NCBI GenBank assembly: GCA_015485575.1 | Contig: WFTF01000031.1 | Location: 1-36,294 of the forward strand | Reading direction: 5' to 3' | Origin: Patescibacteria group bacterium | GTDB taxonomy: Bacteria > Patescibacteriota > Minisyncoccia > Phycocordibacterales > UBA918 | Length of the DNA stretch: 36,294 nucleotides | Part shown: positions 8,040-15,714 of the stretch, piece by piece | How the letters are laid out: each line of letters opens with the position of its first letter | Position numbering within the stretch: position 1 is the stretch's first letter | Notes under the pieces: model-generated | The model's input: the letters and a program-made list of their open reading frames with translations, nothing else | Told to the model about the DNA's origin: nothing | Database searches by the model: none | Translations under genes and position numbers: made by a program

Positions 8040-8072
8040 TCACAAAGTAACGCATGGAAAGTGACGCACCAT
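8040..8072 (-). CDS. candidate 10-codon leader or micro-ORF (MVRHFPCVTL)
   Basis: Reverse-strand GGAGG (8086-8082), then 9 nt, then ATG GTG CGT CAC TTT CCA TGC GTT ACT TTG TGA. It lies between the tandem promoters (8104-8171) and the terminator (7960-7997). Too short to judge coding potential. Confidence 0.2.
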   Translation of the reverse strand: MVRHFPCVTL

Positions 8073-8103
8073 TCAGTTCCCCCTCCAAACAATGTACAGA
8101 GAC

Positions 8104-8171
8104 ATTCTATGCCCGCTTGCGCAATTGTCAACAAAAACCGTGCAGTATAATACATTGGCTTTTATTGTCAA
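8104..8171 (-). promoter_or_regulatory. two tandem near-consensus sigma70 promoters: P1 TTGACA-N16-TATACT and P2 TTGACA-N16-TAGAAT
   Basis: Read on the reverse strand. P1 has -35 at 8171-8166 and -10 at 8149-8144. P2 has -35 at 8131-8126 and -10 at 8109-8104. This is the same TTGACA-N16 architecture as the groES promoter in this window. Both point toward the 366-aa gene, whose ATG is at 7744. Confidence 0.5.
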
Positions 8172-8341
8172 TACACCTCACTCCGTTGCAACGGTATACT
8201 CAGGTAACAACCTGTCCATACAGGATCGACCAGACCAGGGGAATGAATTTTACCAAGTACGGTAAAATTGTGGCTGGTCGATCCTGTATGGATATGTTGT
8301 CTATGTTCCAAGAAGAAAAAGAAGGCTCTATGCCTTCTTTT
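8158..8341 (+). ncRNA. candidate ~185-nt structured small RNA on the forward strand (unclassified)
   Basis: Forward-strand TTGTCA-N15-TATAAT (8125-8151). Downstream is a small hairpin CCGT-TGCA-ACGG (8183-8194). A long hairpin follows: 8213-8233 pairs with 8274-8294 (21 bp including one G-U) and is capped by AATTTTACC/GGTAAAATT (8246-8254/8261-8269). A terminator at 8316-8341 closes the unit. No match recognised to SRP, 6S, RNase P or tmRNA signatures. Confidence 0.3.
8316..8341. terminator. bidirectional intrinsic terminator ending the sigma/anti-sigma operon on the reverse strand
   Basis: AAAGAAGGC (8318-8326), loop TCTAT, GCCTTCTTT (8332-8340). On the reverse strand the hairpin is followed by TTTTTCTTCTT; on the forward strand by TTTT. 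Confidence 0.65.
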
Positions 8342-8423
8342 CCATACCAACTGCAGTTATATACCATAACACGAAGAAATGCAACGTCTGCGGGAGGTAG
8401 TCCGCCAGCATACGTAACTGTCG

Positions 8424-9350
8424 CTAGAAGTGCATCCGTTTCACTGCAGCGATCTCACCGCACACTCCGCTGCTGTCAGTATCAGTACCCGTAACACCGT
8501 ACACTTCCCTCTCTATCCCCTTTACACGTTCCGCTGCTTCCTTATGTGTATACATACGTCCAATAAATAGCTGACGCTGTTTTTTCATCTCTTGCACATC
8601 TACGTCAGACCCAAACAGCCACGGAAACACGCCGCAGGCATAAAAGATATTTTCAACCATATTGGTGGTGGTTCCAAGTATGCGCACCCGCTTCCCTGAT
8701 AGCAGCAGATCCAGATCCGAACCCGATAATTCGGTGGTGTTCACCTGCCACAGATCTTGCTTGTTCTCGGTACGTACATACACAAAAGTGTCATCCTCGC
8801 CGGCATCTTGCAGACGGCCCAGTAAGCGACCTTCCTCCGGTTGCTGCCATATTTTTTCTTCAAACTCTTCATATGATTCATACATCGGCACTATTTTTGT
8901 GATACCAACATCAATCAAATAACCGACTTTGAAGAAGTGCAGCACAACGCCTCCCACAACACTTAAAACAATACTGCTAAAAATAATACCGCCCATTGAA
9001 TACAGGTATCCTCGTTTGGTACGCCGGACGTTAATATACGCAAGCACTATCATGCTCACAAACAGCGTGAGCCAAAGTGTCGGCAGTATCTCTAGAACAA
9101 AATCCACAACGCGATCATGAGTTGCTTCATACAGTGCGAATCGCGCATAGTTTCCCACATATAATATAACCGCAAGTGCAAGAGCACCCAGTACAACCGT
9201 ACTCAACCACGCCACCCAAATGCTATATTCAACACAAATAAACCACCACTTACTTGCCGGCTGCACCTGCTCTGTACGAATGCGCTTCATCACTCGCTGT
9301 GCGAGCGTGCTGCTTGGCTTATTTTCTGTTGTTTGTATGTCTTTATGCAT
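8424..9350 (-). CDS. polytopic membrane protein immediately downstream of the ECF sigma gene; candidate anti-sigma factor by position only
   Basis: There is a 13-nt gap to the sigma stop codon. An N-terminal ~35 polar residues (AQRVMKRIRTEQVQP) are followed by about four hydrophobic helices and then a ~150-aa acidic soluble domain. No HxxxCxxC zinc anti-sigma motif is visible. Confidence 0.75.
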   Translation of the reverse strand: MHKDIQTTENKPSSTLAQRVMKRIRTEQVQPASKWWFICVEYSIWVAWLSTVVLGALALAVILYVGNYARFALYEATHDRVVDFVLEILPTLWLTLFVSMIVLAYINVRRTKRGYLYSMGGIIFSSIVLSVVGGVVLHFFKVGYLIDVGITKIVPMYESYEEFEEKIWQQPEEGRLLGRLQDAGEDDTFVYVRTENKQDLWQVNTTELSGSDLDLLLSGKRVRILGTTTNMVENIFYACGVFPWLFGSDVDVQEMKKQRQLFIGRMYTHKEAAERVKGIEREVYGVTGTDTDSSGVCGEIAAVKRMHF

Positions 9351-9363
9351 AACCTACTACTTA

Positions 9364-9942
9364 CTATATGTGTACTTGTGTATCGTCTATCAGCTTTTTC
9401 AAACGCTGTTTTCCGCGATAAATGCGCGTCCCCACCGATCCTATGGGGATCTTTAATATGTCCGATATTTCCTCATACTCCTTATGTTCAAAATAACGAA
9501 GGACAAGCACATCGTAGTATTTGCGCTCCAATTGAGAGAGTGCTTGCGCCAATATCTCTGCATTCCGCCGCTTATCAAAACGCAGCTCCGAACTGTCTTC
9601 TTTTGCCATCTCGCGCAGCAAATGTTCATCACCCTCATCAATCAAGTGTCCCTCAGGGCGTACCTGTTTCTTCCTATAAAAAGAAATGGCTTCGTTGTGC
9701 GCAATACGATAAATCCAAGAGGAGAAAGAAAGAGTGGTGTCAAAGGCGTTCAGATTACGATACACTTTGAAAAAAATTTCCTGCAACACATCCTGAGCAT
9801 CTTCATGATTGCGTATTCCTAAACGGCGCACATACCGAAACAATTTCTCCTCGTAGCGCATCACAATGTGCTGAAAAAACGACTGGTCACGCAATACCAT
9901 TGACACTATTTCTTCGTCACTCATAGAAGTGGGGTGTGACAT
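9364..9942 (-). CDS. ECF-type (group 4) sigma-70 family RNA polymerase sigma factor
   Basis: Region 2 motifs are LQEIFFKVYRNLNAFD and SWIYRIAHNEAISFYRKK. The region 4 HTH is VLVLRYFEHKEYEEISDILKIPIGSVGTRIYRGKQRLKKL. At ~190 aa it has no region 1.1 or 3. An alternative start is Met7 at 9924. Confidence 0.92.
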   Translation of the reverse strand: MSHPTSMSDEEIVSMVLRDQSFFQHIVMRYEEKLFRYVRRLGIRNHEDAQDVLQEIFFKVYRNLNAFDTTLSFSSWIYRIAHNEAISFYRKKQVRPEGHLIDEGDEHLLREMAKEDSSELRFDKRRNAEILAQALSQLERKYYDVLVLRYFEHKEYEEISDILKIPIGSVGTRIYRGKQRLKKLIDDTQVHI

Positions 9943-9980
9943 TGCCCCTATGGTACGTGATTTTTATAAAAATCGCACGT

Positions 9981-10008
9981 TTGCATCACAGCAATGCTAC
10001 GTTAAAAT
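9981..10008 (+). promoter_or_regulatory. promoter TTGCAT-N16-TAAAAT placed for a leaderless transcript of the 10015 gene
   Basis: -35 at 9981-9986 and -10 at 10003-10008. Only 6 nt (ATACGC) separate the -10 from the ATG at 10015, and no Shine-Dalgarno is present. Confidence 0.35.
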
Positions 10009-10014
10009 ATACGC

Positions 10015-10557
10015 ATGTACCACAAACATATTTCATACATCATTATCGGATTCTTTATATCCGTGTTGCTGGCAACACCGCTTTCAACCTACGCATACTA
10101 CACAACCGCTCAAAATGCGATACGCCTTACAGACAACATCGCTCTCTATACCATAGACTTCACCTTTGGTTTTCCCGACCGAGATGTATATATCCCCATT
10201 GCCACCAAACGGGACATAGAAAATAACCCGCAGAACCCATATATGGGATACACCTTTTACACCAGTACAGGTGGAGACCCGACTGTCGGTACTGCAGCGG
10301 GATTGGTACTCAGTAGCGCAGACATAGAGAACAACATGTATAAAGTACCCGCAGGTGAACGTGGATACTTCACTCTGGTGGTGTTTCTCACTCTGGATCC
10401 GGAAGCGGACCCGAAAGCAAAATATGGGCTGCAGGTAAGCAATCTCCCATTCATCACACAAGAAGGAAACACGATTCAACGCTTTGGACTAAACAAGCAC
10501 GAACTCCAAGCATATAAAACCAAAAAGGTCGGACTGTTACCTCAAAAACGTCTGTAG
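10015..10557 (+). CDS. secreted hypothetical protein (180 aa)
   Basis: Signal peptide IIIGFFISVLLATPLSTYA/YYT. Clean ORF ending at a convergent terminator. No recognisable domain. Confidence 0.7.
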   Translation: MYHKHISYIIIGFFISVLLATPLSTYAYYTTAQNAIRLTDNIALYTIDFTFGFPDRDVYIPIATKRDIENNPQNPYMGYTFYTSTGGDPTVGTAAGLVLSSADIENNMYKVPAGERGYFTLVVFLTLDPEADPKAKYGLQVSNLPFITQEGNTIQRFGLNKHELQAYKTKKVGLLPQKRL

Positions 10558-10594
10558 AAAAAAGTGACCTCAAACGGAAGTCGCTTTTTTCTAC
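10554..10594. terminator. bidirectional terminator between convergent genes
   Basis: GTAGAAAAAAGTGAC (10554-10568) pairs with GTCGCTTTTTTCTAC (10580-10594), giving a 15-bp stem with one G-U or mismatch position. A and T runs flank it on both sides. Confidence 0.6.
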
Positions 10595-11865
10595 ACATGC
10601 TTCCCTGCCACATAGCCGGTAGTCCAGCATAATTGCAGGGAAAAACCTCCGCTTGGTCTGTTGATATGCAACACGTCTCCGGTAAAGAAAAGGTTATCTT
10701 TCTTTTTTGAGCGCATGGTTCTAGTATCCACCTCTGTCAAATCCACTCCCCCATCTGAAATAACCGCCCAGTCCAATCCCATGGTACCTGTTATGGTAAG
10801 AGGCATTGCTTTCATGCGATCCACTAACGCATGACGGGCCTCTCTTGAAACACTGTGTACACGCATATGCAACAACGACTCGGGAAATTGTGCGGCGACA
10901 GCTGGTGCCATACCCTTCGGCACAAATTCCTGCAGCACATTGCGCAATTCCTTATTTTTGTGGATATTAAACTCCTCAAGTACCCTTTTGCGCAGTATGT
11001 TCACCTCAGTATCGGGATACAGGTCAATAAATGCGCGCACCGATCCGTTTTTAAGAAGCTGTTGCACCTGATGTGAGGCGTTGAGAATAAGAGGGCCTGA
11101 CAAACCGAAATGTGTAAACAACAACTTCCCCGTACGTGAAAAACGCTTCTTCTTGTTCCCACTTGGGTCACAAAAGGTAATTTTCATAAAAGATAAGGTT
11201 ACCCCTGATATATCCTTCACCCACTGCTCTGATACCTGCAACGGTACAATGTTTGGACTTGGATCGTGTACCGTATGACCAAGGTCCCGCAGTATGGATA
11301 CTGCGTCACTACTTGCGCCTGTTTGCTGCGCCTGAGCGGACCCTCCCGTTGCCAACACAAACGAATCAGCAGAGTATGAGCCTTTACTGGTTCTTACTCC
11401 CACGATATGCTCCTCGTCGTTCAGTATAAAATCCACAAATCGCGTTCCCATGTGAAGCGTAACACCATTTTTCGTTACGAATTCCTTCAGTGCACGAGTC
11501 ACATCTGTCGCCTTTTGTGATGCGGGAAAGGCACGCTTGCGCGCTTGGACCACTATGGGCACTCCGCGCTTTTCAAAAAAAGCACGTGCGTCTTGCATAG
11601 CAAACTGTGAGAAAGGGGAATAGAGAAACTTTGCCGCCTCACCATAGTGCGCAAGCAACGCACGGGTATCTTCTTCGGCATGCAGTATATTACACCGTCC
11701 TCCACCGGTAATATCCAACTTCTTACCAAGCTGCTTGTTCTTTTCCAATAGCAAAACTCTCCTACCGTTTTCCGCGGCAGTACCGGCAGCCATCATTCCC
11801 GATGGACCTCCACCAATAACAATAACGTCATAGTGCGGACCTATATGTTCCCGATTGCTTGACAT
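10591..11865 (-). CDS. HI0933/BaiN-like NAD(FAD)-utilising flavoprotein
   Basis: YDVIVIGGGPSGMMAAGTAAENGRRVLLLEK is a Rossmann GxGxxG motif, and TGGGRCNILH is the family signature. I placed the start at Met10 (MSSNREH). The ORF track begins at 11892. Confidence 0.88.
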   Translation of the reverse strand: MSSNREHIGPHYDVIVIGGGPSGMMAAGTAAENGRRVLLLEKNKQLGKKLDITGGGRCNILHAEEDTRALLAHYGEAAKFLYSPFSQFAMQDARAFFEKRGVPIVVQARKRAFPASQKATDVTRALKEFVTKNGVTLHMGTRFVDFILNDEEHIVGVRTSKGSYSADSFVLATGGSAQAQQTGASSDAVSILRDLGHTVHDPSPNIVPLQVSEQWVKDISGVTLSFMKITFCDPSGNKKKRFSRTGKLLFTHFGLSGPLILNASHQVQQLLKNGSVRAFIDLYPDTEVNILRKRVLEEFNIHKNKELRNVLQEFVPKGMAPAVAAQFPESLLHMRVHSVSREARHALVDRMKAMPLTITGTMGLDWAVISDGGVDLTEVDTRTMRSKKKDNLFFTGDVLHINRPSGGFSLQLCWTTGYVAGKHV

Positions 11866-11964
11866 GAACAAAAAATAATACCATAATAGCATCTCAAATC
11901 AAGGTGTGGCACTCCCATACCGGCAACCGAATAAACCACATCAAACAACAAAACAAAGTGAGAT

Positions 11965-12696
11965 ATGAACAATTACCCCATACGAGTCAATAAGTACATC
12001 GCGCAACAAGGATGGGCTTCACGACGTGAAGCAGATACCCTTATAGAAAAAGGGCTTGTTTTGGTAAATGGTAAAAAAGCTCAAGTGGGGCAAAAGGTTA
12101 GTCAAAATGATGCAGTAGAGCTAATCAAAAACCCAAAGGAAAAGGTATATCTCGCCTACTACAAAGGGAGGGGTATCATCACTCACTCCCCCGACCTCTC
12201 CAAGGGAGAGGTGGACATCATGACACAACTGCGGCGCACGCGAAAAGATGTGGATCTAAGCGATGTACACCCTGTAGGTCGCTTGGACAAAGACTCAGAG
12301 GGATTGATGATTCTTTCCAACGATGGACGTATTACCGGTCCCCTGCTTGACCCGGATGCAGAGCATGAAAAAGAGTACGAGGTCACCGTAGACAAAAAAG
12401 TAACCGGCATACTGATCAATAATATCCGCAAAGGAGTCAATATTGAGGGATATCTCACCAAACCCGCTCAAGCGGAAAAAAGTAAAAAAAATCCAAACAA
12501 GCTGACCATTATCTTAACCGAAGGGAAAAAACATCAAATCAGACGCATGTGTGCCGCCTGCGGATATCAGGTGCAATCACTCAAGCGAGTGCGCATTGCC
12601 AACATACTTCTCGGCACACTCAAGCCTAATCAGTATAGAAAAATTACCGGATCGGAACTAAAAGCATTTCTACAAGAGTTGGATATAGCCGCGTAG
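11965..12696 (+). CDS. rRNA pseudouridine synthase, RsuA/RluB/RluF family
   Basis: The N-terminal S4 domain is IRVNKYIAQQGWASRREADTLIEKGLVLVNGKKA. The catalytic motif is HPVGRLDKDSEGLMILSNDG. KKHQIRRM is the C-terminal family motif. Confidence 0.9.
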   Translation: MNNYPIRVNKYIAQQGWASRREADTLIEKGLVLVNGKKAQVGQKVSQNDAVELIKNPKEKVYLAYYKGRGIITHSPDLSKGEVDIMTQLRRTRKDVDLSDVHPVGRLDKDSEGLMILSNDGRITGPLLDPDAEHEKEYEVTVDKKVTGILINNIRKGVNIEGYLTKPAQAEKSKKNPNKLTIILTEGKKHQIRRMCAACGYQVQSLKRVRIANILLGTLKPNQYRKITGSELKAFLQELDIAA

Positions 12697-12786
12697 TGCG
12701 ATATATCGCACTACAAATACCTACTCTCAGAAACTCGTTTCGACATATCGAAACAATACCTCTACACGGTGGCAGACGGGACATAC

Positions 12787-14568
12787 TCACTTCCTCTCTT
12801 TTTTTCGTTCACTTTCCTTGAGGTATCGCTTACGCAAGCGAATGGACTGTGGGCATACCTCCAGATATTCATCATCCTGCATAATTTCCAACCCCATTTC
12901 AATACTCAGCGGCTTTGCCGGAGTGAGCTTGATAGCATCATCACTTCCGGCGGCGCGTACATTGGTTAAGTTTTTTCCCTTTGTCGGGTTGACCACCATT
13001 TCTTCACCCTTGGCGGTGTTGCCAATGACCATACCTTCATAGACCTCGGTGCCGGGAGTTATATACAGCTCCCCACGGTCCTGCAATCCAAACAGAGCAA
13101 ACCCCAGCGCCTTACCACTTGCCATGGAGACCATTGACCCCACCTTGCGTTTCCTGATTTCCCCCGCGTGGGGACGAAAACCGATTACCTGTGATGCAAT
13201 AATCCCCTCTCCTTTGGTGTCAACCACAAATTGGTTTTTGTATCCAAGTAATCCTCGTGTCGGACCCTCAAACAGCAGGCGAACCTGCTCTCCGGCGGGA
13301 AGCATCTGCTGCATGATAAAACCACGATTGGATAAACGCTCAATAACCACCCCTTGAAACTCAGCGGGAACATCAACGGTCACCTCTTCAAACGGCTCGG
13401 ACTTCACCCCGTCTATTTCCTTGATAATCACCTGTGGTTGCGAGACAGACAGTTCGTAGCCTTCTCTGCGCATATTTTCCAACAGCACAGAAATATGCAT
13501 TTCTCCACGACCGTACACTTTGAAACTGTCACCATCTTCTTCCACCTTCAGACCGACATTGATTTCCAGTTCCTTTTGCAGGCGTTCCCCTATCTGTCGT
13601 GAGGTAACATACTTGCCCTCGCGCCCCGCAAACGGTGAGCTGTTCACCAAAAAGCGCATGCTGATAGTCGGTTCGTCTACCTCAATGGCAGGCAATAGTG
13701 GTACATCTTCACAATCAGTAATCGTGTCTCCTATGGTGGCATCACTCAGCCCCGCAATAAGTACAATATCACCGGCATACGCCGTATCCAACTCCACCTG
13801 ATGCATCCCCTGATATCCGGAAACCCGTACCACCTTCCCCGTACTGACACCGTATCCGTTTTTTACAAAAACCCGCTGTCCGTTCGTGACTTTTCCTTCA
13901 TATATGCGCACTACCGCAAGCCGACCGAGAAAGTTGTCATAGTCAAGATTGAACACTTGCGCGCGCAACGCATCCCCTTCCGTGTATCCTTTTGCCGCGG
14001 GAACACTTTCCAAAATCGTATCCAGAAGCGGACCAAGGTCTACCAAATCGTCTTCCATGCGTCTTTTTGCAGCCCGATCGCGCCCGATGGTGTAAACTGT
14101 TTCAAACGATGATTGGGCATCGTCGGCACCCAGTTCCAAAAAGAGTTCCAACACCTGCTCTTCACAGCGATCCGGATCTGCTGCAGGCTTATCTATCTTA
14201 TTGATGACCACAATGGGCTGTAATCCCAATTCCAAAGACTTCTTGAGTACAAAGCGGGTCTGAGGCATAGGTCCTTCCTGCGCATCAACCACCAACAGCA
14301 CCGAATCAATGCTCCGCAGCACCCGCTCTACTTCGGAACCAAAGTCGGCATGCCCCGGAGTGTCTATAATGTTTATCTTTGTCCCTTTATACTCAACCGA
14401 AGCGTTTTTCGCATATATGGTAATACCTCGCTCCTTTTCAAGTGCGTTACTGTCCATTGTCTGATCACCTGCGCTGGCACCGGTATACTCCATTAACCCA
14501 TCGGTCAATGTGGTTTTACCATGGTCCACATGTGCAATAATGGCAATGTTTCTGGTATCTTGACTCAT
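12787..14568 (-). CDS. typA: translational GTPase TypA/BipA
   Basis: [18 protein letters not shown] is the G1 motif, and DTPGHADF and NKIDK are also present. The EF-G-like domains run full length. I placed the start at MSQDTRN (14568). The 31 upstream codons in the ORF track look non-coding. Confidence 0.95.
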   Translation of the reverse strand: MSQDTRNIAIIAHVDHGKTTLTDGLMEYTGASAGDQTMDSNALEKERGITIYAKNASVEYKGTKINIIDTPGHADFGSEVERVLRSIDSVLLVVDAQEGPMPQTRFVLKKSLELGLQPIVVINKIDKPAADPDRCEEQVLELFLELGADDAQSSFETVYTIGRDRAAKRRMEDDLVDLGPLLDTILESVPAAKGYTEGDALRAQVFNLDYDNFLGRLAVVRIYEGKVTNGQRVFVKNGYGVSTGKVVRVSGYQGMHQVELDTAYAGDIVLIAGLSDATIGDTITDCEDVPLLPAIEVDEPTISMRFLVNSSPFAGREGKYVTSRQIGERLQKELEINVGLKVEEDGDSFKVYGRGEMHISVLLENMRREGYELSVSQPQVIIKEIDGVKSEPFEEVTVDVPAEFQGVVIERLSNRGFIMQQMLPAGEQVRLLFEGPTRGLLGYKNQFVVDTKGEGIIASQVIGFRPHAGEIRKRKVGSMVSMASGKALGFALFGLQDRGELYITPGTEVYEGMVIGNTAKGEEMVVNPTKGKNLTNVRAAGSDDAIKLTPAKPLSIEMGLEIMQDDEYLEVCPQSIRLRKRYLKESERKKERK

Positions 14569-14678
14569 AAATATGAAAAATAAAATACCGCAGCGAGCCC
14601 TGCGGCCATCCACAGCACCCAAGCATAACACGTTACTTACCACTGTCCAGCGTGCTTGCAAACAAGAAGAAGTGTGTC

Positions 14679-14936
14679 CTACGGTAACAATGCTTCTTTT
14701 TCCGTTTTGGACAGCTGTTTAATCTCCCACTCACGCTTGCAGGCCGCACTGCGACTTTCGTGCGCTTCTTGGTACACTACCGCTACGGGCCGTCGGGCGC
14801 GGGTGCACTTTGCACCCGCGCCCGATGTCTCCCCTTGCCCATTATGCTCTGCGACACGACGTTGCACATCGGTGGTCACACCGGTGTACAACCTACCATC
14901 AGCACAGCGCACCATGTACACAAACCATTTGCTCAT
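14679..14936 (-). CDS. GIY-YIG domain protein (UPF0213/YhbQ-like)
   Basis: WFVYMVRCADGRLYTGVTTDVQRRVAEHN plus the downstream KREWEIKQLS is typical of small stand-alone GIY-YIG proteins. Confidence 0.85.
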   Translation of the reverse strand: MSKWFVYMVRCADGRLYTGVTTDVQRRVAEHNGQGETSGAGAKCTRARRPVAVVYQEAHESRSAACKREWEIKQLSKTEKEALLP

Positions 14937-14939
14937 ACG

Positions 14940-15047
14940 CTATATAAACGGTAGATAGGGAATATCAAAGTAGGTACCGGTAAATGCATAATAGGCATAA
15001 TAGGCGAACGCGGCTGTGGCAAGGAGGATTATGATAAATTTAAGCAT
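14940..15047 (-). CDS. candidate 35-aa single-pass membrane peptide (below the ORF-track cutoff)
   Basis: The reverse strand reads MLKFIIILLATAAFAYYAYYAFTGTYFDIPYLPFI. Its ATG overlaps the upstream stop (ATGCTTAA), and its TAG stop lies 3 nt before the GIY-YIG ATG. Confidence 0.3.
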   Translation of the reverse strand: MLKFIIILLATAAFAYYAYYAFTGTYFDIPYLPFI

Positions 15048-15684
15048 ATCTTTTTCTACGATACAGAAGGTATATCAGCAAACCCAGTAACAGAACGGTA
15101 ACCGGCACATAGTAAAACGGGGATTGTAGTACCGCAAATGGTGATTTCTCAAAAAAACGCTTCACTGCATAAGTGTCTGCCAGTGTCTTGAAGTACCCAC
15201 GCCTTTCCGTTACTGCCGCATCATCTCCTTTTTGCACCAGCAGTACGTACTTACCGGTATTCTCAACCGTACTCACCTCAATAATATACTCTCCCGCTTC
15301 CAGTTGTTGATCAAAACTGCCACCCAACAAATAGGAATCTCCGGTACTGCGATCAACCATCGGCGTCCATTGCATATCTTGAAACGGTATGCGCGCCACT
15401 TCAGACACACCTCGCTGCTCTCGTTTGACGATTATCAGTGACTTATTTTTTTCACTGCCTACCATGTCCGGAATGGCAATTTGTACAAACAGACGGGAAG
15501 GCTCTTCCAAAGGTACGGTGAAGGAATGTGGAAATGACTGTAGTTCACCATAAAAACTATATAAGACACCTGTCTGAGAAACGATCGGGCGATCATCAAC
15601 CGTCTTTGGCTGCATAAACGTCGGTACATACGCAAAGAGCTGGGATGGGACAAGAAAGAACACTACAAAAAGCAATACACGCAT
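15040..15684 (-). CDS. hypothetical exported protein with a C-terminal TM anchor
   Basis: Signal peptide MRVLLFVVFFLVPSQLFA/YVP. The C-terminal helix is VPVTVLLLGLLIYLLY, followed by RRKRYA. No recognisable domain. Confidence 0.7.
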   Translation of the reverse strand: MRVLLFVVFFLVPSQLFAYVPTFMQPKTVDDRPIVSQTGVLYSFYGELQSFPHSFTVPLEEPSRLFVQIAIPDMVGSEKNKSLIIVKREQRGVSEVARIPFQDMQWTPMVDRSTGDSYLLGGSFDQQLEAGEYIIEVSTVENTGKYVLLVQKGDDAAVTERRGYFKTLADTYAVKRFFEKSPFAVLQSPFYYVPVTVLLLGLLIYLLYRRKRYA

Positions 15685-15714
15685 ACAGCAGTATCATACC
15701 AGACAAGTAGCCGT

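Noticed and set aside
8063-8080. An ECF-type promoter (GGAAC ... CGTC) in the operon leader
   Set aside because: On the reverse strand GGAAC and CGTC are only 9 nt apart, against the ~16-17 nt spacing expected for ECF promoters. The sequence is better explained as the SD region and first codons of the micro-ORF.
7973-8155. A 60-aa reverse-strand ORF in the operon leader
   Set aside because: Its ATG (8155) lies upstream of the predicted start sites of both tandem promoters. It reads through the terminator hairpin, has no RBS, and has an implausible composition.
8213-8294. The long inverted repeat as a MITE or IS end
   Set aside because: There is no second copy anywhere in this window and no transposase. 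A shared 8-mer (CAGACCAG) near 7810 is at chance level for 36 kb. It is kept only as a candidate RNA or protein-binding structure.
8054-8494. A 146-aa forward-strand ORF filling the long intergenic region
   Set aside because: It runs through promoter hexamers, an ~80-nt hairpin and a terminator, and overlaps the 3' end of the anti-sigma candidate. It has a Cys/Arg/Thr-rich composition unlike real proteins, and no RBS.
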